Below are positions 1 through 10,946 of a DNA stretch of 64,000 nt, one piece after another. The first letter of the stretch is position 1. Each line of letters opens with the position of its first letter. The notes beneath the pieces are model-generated. The model was not told where the DNA came from, did not search any database, and saw nothing but the letters and a program-made list of their open reading frames with translations. The translations under genes and the position numbers were made by a program. Origin of the DNA: Octopus vulgaris (lineage: Eukaryota); contig OX597837.1 in assembly GCA_951406725.2 (NCBI GenBank), positions 2,790,001-2,854,000 of the forward strand, read 5' to 3'.

Positions 1-860
1 TATCTGTGCTAAATCATTCATTGATGGAAGTACACTAACTAAACACAAACGTATTCATACAAAGGAAAAAGCCACATCACTGGGATGCTTTTGATGCATC
101 TTGCCCTTGTGTGAATATTAATTCATAAGCGTATTTATTCAGGAGAAAAAGTGTTTTACTGTGATATGTCTGATAAATCAGTCATGAAGATAATATGGAC
201 GCCGCTCGGGCTCGAAAATTGAACCATTATGTAAACCTCCTCGAGGAATGTGAAGATGCAGGCTGGAAAGTGGAACATTTTCCAATTGAAGTCGGATGTA
301 GAGGGTTCGTTGGACACAGTGTGAGACGACTGTTGTTATCTCTAGGCCTAACTCATCGTAAAGTCAATACCACCATGACCGATATCCAAACTACAGTGGA
401 GAAGGCTAGCCACTGGATTTGGTTAAAAAGAGACGATGAGCAATGGCTAGAAGAATATTGAGCCTTATTTGATAACCAGCTGACCTAGCAAGTGGAGCCT
501 CATATCAGTGAGGGGGGGGGCGATGTGCATTGATGCCGTCGAGTGGTAGGCCCCAAAACAGCGCGCATTCTTTCCTGATGAACCCATACACTTGCTGGCT
601 TCCGGTATGCGGAGCTTTTGACTTGTAGCACTTGCATGTGCAAGTTGTTTGCAAGACATATGTCTGATAAATCAGTCATGCTGCAAACAAATGAGATGAA
701 GGTACACAAGACCATTATATAAGAGAGAAACCATATTATTGTGATATCTGTGACAACTCCTTCACTGATTGAAGTAAATCAACTGCTCACAAATGTAGAG
801 CAAAAGCCATATCACTTTGATACAAGGGGTAAATCTATCTCTCGAGCAGCTATTTAACCT
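1..860 (+). pseudogene. Degenerate C2H2 finger remnants (3' tail of an upstream ZNF paralogue), interrupted by a HERO-like LINE fragment
   Basis: Frameshifted finger-like text (tatctgtgctaaatcattcattgatggaagtacactaactaaacacaaacgtattcatac; gagaaaccatattattgtgatatctgtg), like the post-stop tails of the intact genes. Confidence 0.75.
187..657 (+). mobile_element. 5'-truncated non-LTR retrotransposon, restriction-like endonuclease C-terminus (HERO-clade-like) plus 3' UTR
   Basis: ORF 195-461 (..EDNMDAARARK..Y..L.EEC..AGW......EVGCRGFV...EKASHWIWLKR) matches the RLE C-terminal pattern; flanked by the 23-bp direct repeat atatgtctgataaatcagtcatg (164-186, 658-680). Confidence 0.8.
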
Positions 861-956
861 AATGCTTATTTCTTCACATTGATATGAATTAGTCTTGATT
901 TACCTCATAGCTTTGAGATTTCGGTGACATGATTGTTGACTTTTAGTAAAATAATT

Positions 957-1176
957 GCAAGCAATAATAAATCTCTGAACGAGGTATAAAGAGTAACTGC
1001 AGGACAATGTGAGGTATGTTTGCCATCTCAATATGGCTGACCACTAAGGGTGGGTGTTACTGTAGCTTGTATCCCCAGGAGAACAATAGCCAGTTGGAGA
1101 CGATGTTCTCCTGGGGCTACAAGCTACAGTAACACCCACCCTTAGTGGTTAGCCATATTGAGATGGCAGACATACC
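957..1176. repeat. Inverted-repeat insertion (~73-bp arms), probable Penelope-like pseudo-LTR remnant
   Basis: 1013-1085 is the reverse complement of 1104-1176; flanked by the direct repeat agtaaaataatt (945-956, 1177-1188). Confidence 0.65.
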
Positions 1177-1309
1177 AGTAAAATAATTATTGTAGGGTAA
1201 TTGTGAGGCTGGATCTGGCCAGTTGGAAGACGAAGCAGGGAGATCATTTTGGCCGGATATGGACAAATGTGTCATATGTTCTCAGTCGTATACAAACAGG
1301 TGAAATTAA

Positions 1310-1482
1310 GGTGGTGAGCTGGCAGAAACGTTAGCACGCTGGGCGAAATGCTTAGTGGTATTTCGTCTGCCGCTACGTTCTGAGTTCAAATTCCGCCGAG
1401 GTCGACTTTGTCTTTCATCCTTTCGGAGTCAGTTAAATAAATACCAGTTACGCACTGGGGTCAATATAATCGACTTAATCCG
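1310..1482 (+). mobile_element. tRNA-derived SINE family A
   Basis: ggtggtgagctggcagaaacgttagc...gagttcaaattccgcc (Pol III A/B-box-like head) plus the central gtcgactttgcctttcatcctttcgggg domain; many copies in window. Confidence 0.8.
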
Positions 1483-2178
1483 AATACAATTTGGTTTTGA
1501 AATATCTTCAATGTCTTATAACTGATTCTGGGAAAAACTATCAGTGATGTTAGAAAAGGTTTTGTCGGACAAGATCACAGAATATGTGATTGTATGGGCT
1601 GTAGGGAACCACAGCACCATTTGTCAAAAAGCATATCAGGAATAACTTTTACATCCATCACATGTGTTAGACATTCCAGCATCAGTACATTTCTGATTAC
1701 ATTGTATCTAGGACTTTAGAGCAATAAATTTGTCACATGATTATTTAAACTTTAGATTGGCTCTTGTTATATTTACTTTATTTTATATGGAAGTATTATG
1801 ATCTTATGTTGACTTTCAAGTCTTTCTCTGATTATCCCCCTTGAAAGCATGCTCATGGTTTCCACATAAGTTATGGAAGCTTTGCTGTTTCCAGAGTTAT
1901 ATTTTCATTTCTCTATTATTATTTTTATTCGCATCTCTATCTTAGTTGAAACTGATGGATAAAGAGATCAAACTACATAAATAAACGGCAGCAAAACCGT
2001 TCAGAAATTAAATAACACCAAGATATTTAGTAACAATAATAAATTTTATTTATCTTCGACAATTTTTAGTTTTACCAATTTTGACTATATTGCTCCTGTT
2101 TAAAACCTCTTACCTGCTTGATAATTGCATTTCTATCTCTGCCTTGAAAGAAGCTTTACTTCTTGGACTTAAGTTTTT

Positions 2179-2420
2179 GTGCACAACGATGTTGTTAAAC
2201 ATCCGTTAACAGCACCACATGCAGGTCCTTTCCATTTTCTTTCACGCACGGATAAATTTTTCACTATAAACTTTATTGGTTGTAAAGACGCTATATCAGT
2301 GGATAGACTAAAAAAGGCTTTCAAAGAGAAAAATGACCCTATTCCCACTGCAGACGACACACACACAGCATTACAAGCACGGCCCGCACACTCACCTTCA
2401 TATTCCATGACTACCATTGG
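2179..2420 (+). mobile_element. Gypsy LTR-retrotransposon integrase C-terminal fragment
   Basis: PLTAPHAGPFHFLSRTDKFFTI...ISVDRLKKAF resembles the GPY/F integrase tail. Confidence 0.7.
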
Positions 2421-2632
2421 GATCAATCTGGTACTCGACAAGGATTCTGGATTATTTTTCCGGTTTTATTACTTAATTTTCGTGAGCGGTTGGGTTCATT
2501 TCTAGTATTCTCGTTTGTGAGAGCAGTCGAGTTTATTTCAGTTATTCTCATTTTAAAAATCATCTCTGATTAATCGTTGAGAGGACATTGGTGTTGCCTT
2601 GGTGGAGCTTTGCACTCTCTGAGTGCTCTTAT
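2420..2632 (-). mobile_element. Partial HINE/DINE-1-like non-autonomous element
   Basis: Reverse-complement homologue of the element at 26063-26421. Confidence 0.55.
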
Positions 2633-2810
2633 TATTATTATTATTACTATTTCATTTGTTTTTACATTCTAAGTTTAAATTCTGCCAAGATCAACTTTGC
2701 CTTTCATCCTTTCAGGGTCAATAAATTAAGTACCAGTTATGCACTGAGGTTGACGCAATGGACTGGTCTCCTCTCCCAAATTTTCAGGCCTTGTGACTTT
2801 AGCGGAAAGG

Positions 2811-2858
<48 letters not shown>

Positions 2859-4629
2859 GTTGTTGTTGTTGTTCTAAACATTTAATTATATAGATCAAAA
2901 GACTATTTGCCCTCTGCAAGAACCAGATATAAAGTTCATGCCAGACGCAGCATTTAAGTTTGTAACGAAATTAAAAGTATTTTAACTCTACAGGATCTAA
3001 GCGATTATTTGTTAAAAGTTTCATTAAAAAGTTTCCATTTTTCTGGAAGTTATGAGGCAACAAAGTCGTGGAGTATACATCTGTAGTTATACCAAACTTT
3101 CTTTACAAATTTTGTGGGTTGTGATTTCAATGCAAGATTTACTTCTGTGGAGATTCACTTTAATTTAGATATTATTAATAACACTTAGCAAATAGAAAAC
3201 ACTTAGGCCAGCCCCAAGTAAGGAAATAAACAATGCTGTTGAACAATGTTTCGTCATTTGTGTTTTTAGACACTCATGGAGTGGTTGGCATTAGGAAGGG
3301 CATCCAGCTGTAGAAACACTGCCAGATCAAACTGGAGCCTGGTGCAGACCCTGGTCGAACTGTCCAACCCATGCTAGCACGGAAAATGGACGTTAAACAA
3401 TGATGATGATAATGATGTAGTTTAAGGAAAATTTGGCTGTTATTTCTAGCAGGTCATGTGAGCATGTATAGGTGTAGAGTGACCGTACGTATAGGAGATG
3501 GTGATAAATGTATCCTTTTTGAACGCCGAATGGTTGCCTTACAAAAGAAGCCAAAATACAAGTGCCAAAAGGAATAAGAAAACACAACCATATAATGTAA
3601 GAGAGAAAAGGTTTTATTTATAGGTTTTGATAATATGGGTAGCAGAGTGTGTGTTCATGAGTGCAACAAGTGTGTGTCTGTGTTCGTGTCATAAGAGTGT
3701 CTGTACGTGTGTGCGTTATAAGTGTGAGATAACAATACAGAGCATAGAAAGAGTGTCCAGACACAAATGGAGATAATTACCAGTTTGTAGTAACGAACAC
3801 AATAGTATTAGTTCTATATCAATGAAGTTGGTAGTCACAAGGCAGATGCCAGTTGAACACATTGTGTAGCAGTTGTGGCTTCAATGCTGTGCCAGGTTAC
3901 TTTGGTACAGAAAGTTCTTGCAGGTAGACTGAGCTGTTAACCTTGGTAAGTATTCACAACAGCGTAAAGTTAAACCTGGGTGATGTTAATGTTGATGTGT
4001 ACGTAGACATGTAGGTGGTGTCGATAAGCTTAAGTGGAGGTCCCAAAATGCTGCGGTGGTGTTGGTGTCGTCGCTGTCTGTCGCTGGAACTGATTGAGTC
4101 ACTTGATCTGGCTGTCTGCTTTGTGGTCAGAGGTTAGTCCTAAGAAGGACTAGAACCAAAGACAAATAGTGGTTTGTCATGACTAGTTTTTAAAGGGTTT
4201 AGGTGGCTCAAACAAGGCATTAGAAAAAGTGTCACGGGACCTTATCTGAAGGTTGCGATTGGTTGGTTTACACATTGGCACAAAATAAAGCAAGAGGTAA
4301 AACTGTACCAAAACCAACCAATCAGGGTAGTGGACACAACAGGGCCTAAGCAGCCAAAGGATGGCTGCTATCTGCCACAACATTTGTATGATGTCTCTCA
4401 AAGAGGGACATTGTATTTCACTAAATGCTACATAGGTTTGTGTGGCGATCAGCCCGAACAATATGCAGTGAAATGGAGGCTGCCAATTGGCTAAAATTAT
4501 GTAAGTATAGATGTTTGCAACTTCTTAATAACTAATTTCTGGAAAAAAAAGAAAAGAAATTAAATAAATAAAAGCTATTATCATCATCAGCATGCAAAAT
4601 TACAACAAAACTAATCTAGTAAAAACTGA

Positions 4630-5201
4630 AAGTAATCTGTACTAGTTCCTTAATCCAGCTACGGTATGCTTCCCAAGTCAAAATAGACTTGTTCATCTTC
4701 CAGTGGCCAGATCCTCGCTTAACTGTACTATGTTCAGCTTACACTTAACCATTCTATGGTCAGTGTAGGACACTTGAACAAGCTGTGGACAACTAAAACT
4801 AGCCTTATCTCTAGTTCTTATAACTATCCTAAGTAAGACTTGAACCTTCTGTCGCCATTCATCCAGATCCACTCTGGGACGTTCAGATGGTCAAGCTTGT
4901 AATAATCTGCTAGCTGGAAGCGCTTAAGCAGATCTACAAGATGTGAGTTCACTTTCCTATTGGTCGAGCCAACGCTATCAATGCATGCATCAACGATAGT
5001 GTTATAGTCTCCTAACACCACTAATGTCTTCAACATCGTGAGAAAGTTCTCCAGGCGCTGATAAAAATCAGATTGTAATCCTCTAGCACAGAGTGCATAT
5101 ATCCCAATCAACCTGAAGGCCTTACAAGAAAAAATTTTTAAAAATTCCAAATGTTTTTGCAGAAAATAGTTCTTACCTCCCAGCACCGGGAAACAGTACA
5201 A
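4630..5201 (-). mobile_element. L1/Tx1-like LINE apurinic-endonuclease fragment (pseudogenised)
   Basis: ORF 4824-5201 has FRLIGIYA and LVVLGDYN; a downstream SDH-like segment (tacactgaccatagaatg on the minus strand). Confidence 0.7.
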
Positions 5202-5660
5202 TCCAATAAGCGTAAAATTAATCTAATAACAAAAACACAGTCCACAAACGATAAATCCTACAACGAGCAAGCACTTCCAACTTGCAGCGAAAGCAGATAT
5301 GTCTTTAACAGAAGCGGGAGAAAGCTTCTTTATTTCATAAATATTTGCTATACAAGAATTACAAAGAGGAGACAAACGTAAAATGGGGTAGAAGCTGCTA
5401 CAATTTAAAAGTCTTTTTTTTTTATTATTAATGATAAATTACGATTTAGATTACAGTAAAAATTTAAAAGTACAATGATATCATATTGCCACGTGCAATT
5501 TATCTCCTGAAGGAAAGGCACCCCGACCGCCACTGTAGAACCTTTACTTTTTTGCCGGGGCACCACTTACTTGGTGCCAATCACACCCAGACTAGTTCCA
5601 ATCCCGGCGTAACTTCGGTATACGTACCGTATACATTTCAAGAAAGTGTTTTATATATAT

Positions 5661-6461
5661 ACTAGCAGTATCGCCCGGCGTTGCTCGGGTTTGTAAGGGA
5701 AATAACTATATAAGCATTTTTAGAGAGTTATAGCCAAAAAATAGCAAAAAAATGCATTAAAAATGGAAAAAAATGATGGTAAATTATTTTTAAAATCGTA
5801 GACTCATCGTAGACGCGCGCTAATACCCAGAAGGGCTCGATATGAATCACGACTATAAGATACCCGGTTTTGGTTAAACTGCACCGCAAAATGTGGGAGT
5901 AGTTAGGAATCTAAATCGTAGGAGACAGACACACAACTTTACTTTTATATAAATACTAGCAGTATCGCCCGGCGTTGCTCGGGTTTGTAAGGGAAATAAC
6001 TATATAAGCATTTTTAGAGAGTTACTTCCTTTATAGATGCCAATTCGGGCTTTCTTAGCCATTTCTGTTTTGGTGTCTTCAAGCCATGAAGTCGTTGTTC
6101 TAAAAGAACGCTGGTCTCCTTGACAACGCATTACGACGTTGATTTCCTTAAACTCCCTTCCCCACAGCTTCACGAGGGAGGGGAGAAGCAAACACAGGTG
6201 CAGGTGTTTGAGTGTGGACGCCAACTCCGCCGCCATCGACACACGAAAAATTATGCATTAAAATGGAATAAAAAATTATGTTAAATTATTTTTAAAATCG
6301 TAGACTCATCGTTGACGCGCGCTAATAGCCAGACGGGCTCGATATGAATCACGACTATAAGATACCCGAATTTGGTTAAACTGCACTGCAAAATGTGGGA
6401 GGAGTTAGGAATCTAAATCGTAGGAGACAGACACTCACACAACTACAGTTTTATATATAGA
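5661..6461 (-). mobile_element. Two tandem non-autonomous Helitron-like elements
   Basis: Minus-strand 5' TC at 6461, 3' CTAG ends at ~5662 and ~5956, each with the subterminal hairpin cccggcgttgctcggg; inserted in an AT tract. Confidence 0.7.
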
Positions 6462-6480
6462 TATATATATATATATATAT

Positions 6481-6859
6481 AAATAATAGTTATCGCCATA
6501 CTAATATGGCATTCTTATAAAAATAAGAATAAAGCTGTCCGCTTATTAGCTCCATGAGGCCATCGCCTTAAGTTAGCTATTTGATACACAAACTGTATCC
6601 ATATAACCTACGCTACATTGAAAAGGGGCAATACCCCGAAACGCGTCTGTAGCTGCCGGTCAAGTAGTGTGGAGCGACTGACCTCCCTTGTTCAAAGGTT
6701 ATATGGATACAGTTTGTGTATCAAATAGCTAACTTAAGACGATGGCCTCATGGAGCTAATAAGCGGACAGCTTTATTCTTATTTTTATAAGAATGCCATA
6801 TTAGTATGGCGATAACTATTATTTTCCGGGAACGCTGCCGTTGTTCTCTTTTAGAGAGA
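6481..6859. mobile_element. Penelope-like element remnant with inverted pseudo-LTR arms
   Basis: 6481-6609 is a near-perfect reverse complement of 6696-6824; the loop contains a hammerhead motif; inserted in (TA)n. Confidence 0.75.
6612..6653 (+). ncRNA. Minimal type-I hammerhead ribozyme (U3-A8 core variant)
   Basis: gctaca-TTGAAAA-gggg caata cccc-GAAA-cgcg-TC-tgtagc: stem I 6 bp, stem II 4 bp, palindromic CGCG stem III, GUC triplet. Confidence 0.75.
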
Positions 6860-6873
6860 CTTAGTAATTTTAA

Positions 6874-6922
<49 letters not shown>

Positions 6923-7429
6923 GGCGTTAGGGGTGGAAGAAAAGGGTTTCTGTTATCTTCAGAAATGTAAACAAAGCCACTTCCGGTACTTACAGGACGT
7001 ATACCGAAGGATCGTCCCAATCCCGCCCCCGCTAGGGGCAGAGCACAAGTACAAAGTTCTGAAACGACTTAAAACAATTCGAATTTTTACACAAAATTCA
7101 AAAAAAAAAAAAGTAATGCCACAATTGCCACGGAAGTAAGTTAACAGTTCCTATTTCCCGGTATTCAGGGGAATAGTAAAAAATACGACGGTAAGAATCC
7201 AACAATAACAAAATGCTTACCAACACACAAAAATAAAAAAAAAGGACCACGTGGTATGAACGGAAGCAACTCCACCTTTTTATTATTTTATAAAAAATAA
7301 AATTTCATCAGTTGCTTCCTTCTATTGTATAATATCCTATTAATATTCTAAGACTGAAGAAGGCTTTTCTCTTTCGTTTTTAAAATGCGTTGATTACAAT
7401 TACACCTTAAATTATAGCCTTGTAAATGT

Positions 7430-7567
7430 TTCGTATCGAAACTGCGGCTTAAGTCCTGCAAGTCAGCTCCACTTGTTCTCTGTGACAAGACAGGAATTTG
7501 ATGTAATTAAATCATTTTTGTGAACCTGAATCCAATTAAGAAATGATTTCTTCGCTAAACGGTAAGT
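7430..7567 (+). promoter_or_regulatory. Putative promoter/non-coding exon 1 of ZNF gene 1; splice donor at 7562
   Basis: Paralogue-conserved motif atcgaaactgcggc...tcagctccacttg and aaacg|gtaagttg donor, followed by conserved intronic tttaatgctgtaataatgta. Confidence 0.6.
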
Positions 7568-7743
7568 TGACCAACGTTTCTTTAATGCTGTAATAATGTA
7601 TATAAATAGTAGGACTGTGTTACAATTGGAGGTTATTGTAGTTATATAAAAATGAAGATATTTCGATGGTAAAAGATATTTTCTTCAGGGAAATAGTAAT
7701 TCTATGGGCGTAGAGCCCAGACAAGAAATAAGTTACAGGAATA

Positions 7744-8147
7744 GGATCTTTTCGGTTTGAACGGCAGTTTTTAACATAATTTCCACGTAACTAAACACTT
7801 TTAAACTTCGTATACTGGTAGAATGTGTTTATAAAACATCTTTTTCTCTTGGCTTTATTGAGAAAATTCTATAGTTTATAAGATATTTGTTGTTTTTTTC
7901 TTCAATTTCAACCAATCAGTGACGTCCATTGAGGTAAAAAAAAAACATTGTGCCGTATGAATATGTCCCTCGTTTAAGAAACAGATTGGGTTTATTTACA
8001 TTTATGAAGAAAAAAAAGATACCCTTCCCCCCAACCCTAACCCTAAAACAAATTGAAATGCAATACATCGATACTAGGGTCATAAATATAGGTGACAATT
8101 TCATATGACACCGCTAGAAAAAACTGCCGTTCAAACCGAAAAGTTCC
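7744..8147. mobile_element. ~410-bp MITE (TIR ggatcttttcggtttgaacggcagtttt)
   Basis: Terminal inverted repeats; further copies at ~14797, 29052, 44708, 53601, 55109, 61505 and 62635. Confidence 0.85.
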
Positions 8148-8153
8148 AATAAG

Positions 8154-8297
8154 GGTAAAATTTTCGTGTCCGGACCAAAATATGGGATTTGCAGCATATT
8201 ACGAAGTCAGGGTACTTGATTCCACGCAAAAAATCCGAGGATTTTTTGGGTTTTTTTCTTAGTGAAAATCGTGCGGGTGTTACTCGAAAATTTTACC
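8154..8297. mobile_element. Small MITE (TIR ggtaaaattttcg)
   Basis: ggtaaaattttcg ... cgaaaattttacc. Confidence 0.6.
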
Positions 8298-8610
8298 GAA
8301 GTAAGTTACAGGAATACTATGTTTAACACGATTCGTTTTGTATGTTAATGTCGCCCGCTTGTTTTAAAGTATGGCCTTGAATACATACAAGCTCATTCAA
8401 TGATAGATTCCAGAGTGGATAAACTCTCCTTAAATATTGCTAGAAATTATTGAGCCACTTCCTGCTGAGAATGATTTACGATACACGTCTCTGTGATAGG
8501 GTTTCTTCCCTTGTAATGAATCCAGTTAATCGTTGGGTAGGCCGCATTTTGAGGTGTTCTTCGTGTTCCATCCAATTTTCCCTTCATTCATCCAGATTGT
8601 TTCTTTTTAT

Positions 8611-8775
8611 GGCGATCCTTCGGTATACGTACCGTAAGTACCTTTGTTTACATTTCTGAAGACAACAGAAACCCTTTTCTCCCATCCCTGACTCTAACCC
8701 CCGATATATATATATATAAAACACACTTTCTTGGAATGTATCCGGTACTTCCGGTACCTATACCGAAGTTACGCC
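8611..8775. mobile_element. Merlin-type short MITE
   Basis: ggcgatccttcggtata ... tataccgaagttacgcc; same family as 5606-7016. Confidence 0.8.
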
Positions 8776-9193
8776 CTCTTTTTATAACTGCTATTCAGTT
8801 CATGATACCTATGAAAGCATTTTCACTTTGGTTATAGATCTGGGGGATATAGAACAACGGTGAGCCAACGGGATGGAAACTATGTGGTTAGTCGATTCCT
8901 TTGAAACAGGAGCCAGATCTATAAATTGCACCTTACCAGTTTGGTAAGCGAGAGGCATACTAGACAATGTATTCCTAGTTCGACAGTGTCAGAGTGAAGG
9001 ATGGGAATGTCATGATTTCTGTGTTTGATCATAGGTCTGCTTAGATAAAAGATGTTTCCAGAGAGAGAGAGAACCGTTATTGTCTACTATTCTATAAATT
9101 TTGTTATGACTATAAGCGTAGATTGTTAGGTGTAATAGTTGATCTTATCCTAGGATTGACCCTGTCTCCGTAAGCCAGAATATTTACATGTGT

Positions 9194-9497
9194 GGGGCAC
9201 GTGGCCTAGTGGTTAGAGCAGCAGACTCGCAGCTGAGAGATCGCGGGTTTGAATCTCAGACCGGGCGATGTGTGTGTTTATGAGCGAAACACCTAAGCTC
9301 CATGCTGCTCTGGCTGAAGGTAATGGCGAAACTTCTGCTGACTCTTTCGCCAAAACTTTCACTCTTTCCTCCTGCATCTTGCAGCTCACCTGCGATGGAC
9401 CAGCGTCTCGTCCAGGTGGGGAACCTATATGCCAAAGAAACCAGGAAACCGGCTCTTATGAGCTAGGCATGACTCGAGAAGGAACAAACAACAACAA
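9194..9497 (+). mobile_element. tRNA(Arg)-like SINE family C
   Basis: ggcacgtggcctagtggttagagcagcagactcgc...gggtttgaatctc head and (aac)n tail; copies at 16705-16990 (+) and 22012-22301 (-), both with TSDs. Confidence 0.8.
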
Positions 9498-9570
9498 TGT
9501 TTATATATACTCTGCTAGAATGGTAATGAAGCAGTGACATTACAAAAAGAATACCAATGTGGAGAATATA

Positions 9571-9955
9571 AGGCGCAGGAGTGGCTGTGTGGTAAGTAGC
9601 TTGCTTACCAGCCACATGGTTCCGGGTTCAGTCCCACTGCGTGGCATCTTGAGCAAGTGTCTTCTGCTTTAGCCCCGGGCCGACCAATGCCTTGTGAGTG
9701 GATTTGGTAGACGGAAACTGGAAGAAGCCTGTCGTATATATGTATATATATATATGTGTGTGTGTATGTGTTTGTGTGTCTGTGTTTGTCCCCCTAGCAT
9801 TGCTTGACAACTGATGCTGGTGTGTTTATGTCCCCGTCACTTAGCGGTTCAGCAAAAGAGACTGATAGAATAAGTCCCGGGGTCGAGTTGCTCGACTAAA
9901 GGCGGTGCTCCAGCATGGCCGCAGTCAAAGGACTGAAACAAGTAAAAGAGAGAGA
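9571..9955 (+). mobile_element. tRNA-derived SINE family B
   Basis: aggcgcaggagtggctgtgtggtaagtagc...gggttcagtccc head, internal (TA/TG)n, (ag)n tail; copies at ~15401, 16079, 20428(-), 25292(-), 34715 and 40126(-). Confidence 0.85.
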
Positions 9956-10946
9956 TTCAGTTCCAAATTCTGAGAATATTACTGAATATGAGAAGCATCT
10001 GAAGAAGTCCTGAACAGCCAAAGACACTAAACCGTGTAACATGTAAACTCATTATTGTTGTAATATATGTAATGTTACACAATCTGGAAGTGTATCTGTA
10101 GTTTGTAAATGTGTAAATTTAACACAACTTTTTTTGATGTAATTTAAATAACAAATTAAAATGTAAAGTTCAGTTGCTGAGGTAAAAGTTTATAGTTTAT
10201 GACTATAAGTAAAATTTGACTGTTGAATCCTTATTTTTTAATTATCTTCAATATCTTATACTGTTTCTCTATAATTTCAGAATATCAGATGACATTGACA
10301 TCGAAGATACATCATTAATATTTATCGCCATTTACAGACAAAAGAGAGATTTTATAAGGAAGAGCTGCGTCTCTCTTTGCATCAATTTATCTGAGAGTTA
10401 TTGAGACTTATTTCTTCCAAGTGATACATTTCTCTTCTATTGAGTCAAGTACGTCCACACCAACATCAAAATCAAAATCAAATGGAAATTGTAGTTATGA
10501 TACCCGTGCTAACGTTTCTGCCAGCTCGTCGCCAGTACCGCCTGACTGGTGTCCGTGTCGGTAACACCTAAAAAGCACCAACTGATTGTGGCCGTTTGCC
10601 AGCCTCCTTTCCAACATCCAGAACAGGCATGGGCAACCTTTCTTGTGAAGCAGGCAACATGAAACATGGTTTCCCATCTAGTGGGCTGCACTACTCAGAA
10701 TAATAATGGTAATGTTTTTTGTTAGGCATGTCATTTAGAAGGTCCCACTGGTCTGGAAGGTGTACAAGATGATTTTGTTTTCCAGTTAAGTCTGGACAAA
10801 TTCAAAAAGTAGTTTGCCTCTCTTTTCTGATACTAACAGAGACAACAGTTGATTACAAATATTACAGGATAAAAGTTGTGATCAATGCAATAACAGAGCT
10901 GAAAATATCAATGTAATTGTCGTCAGAAAAGAAAATTTATAGAAGA

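Larger units (their letters stand above)
5606..7016. mobile_element. Merlin-type MITE (GG..CC termini, 8-bp TSD) with nested insertions in its (TA)n tract
   Basis: Ends ggcgtaacttcggtata / tataccgaaggatcgtc; TSD ccaatccc at 5598-5605 and 7017-7024. Confidence 0.8.

Noticed and set aside
3480-4470. Possible solo LTR or retroelement segment
   Set aside because: No second LTR, TSD or recognisable coding motif could be established by eye
9194-9262. tRNA-like sequence
   Set aside because: Head of a SINE (continues into a body and (aac)n tail, multiple copies), not a tRNA gene
9268-9810. Recurrent short ORFs such as AVFLQLDALPNANHS.. and QIHSQGFGRPEA..
   Set aside because: Chance translations of multicopy SINEs, not genes
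10917-10946. ORF-track start for ZNF1 at a TTG codon
   Set aside because: Eukaryotic gene; ATG 10947 aligns with the start of all paralogues
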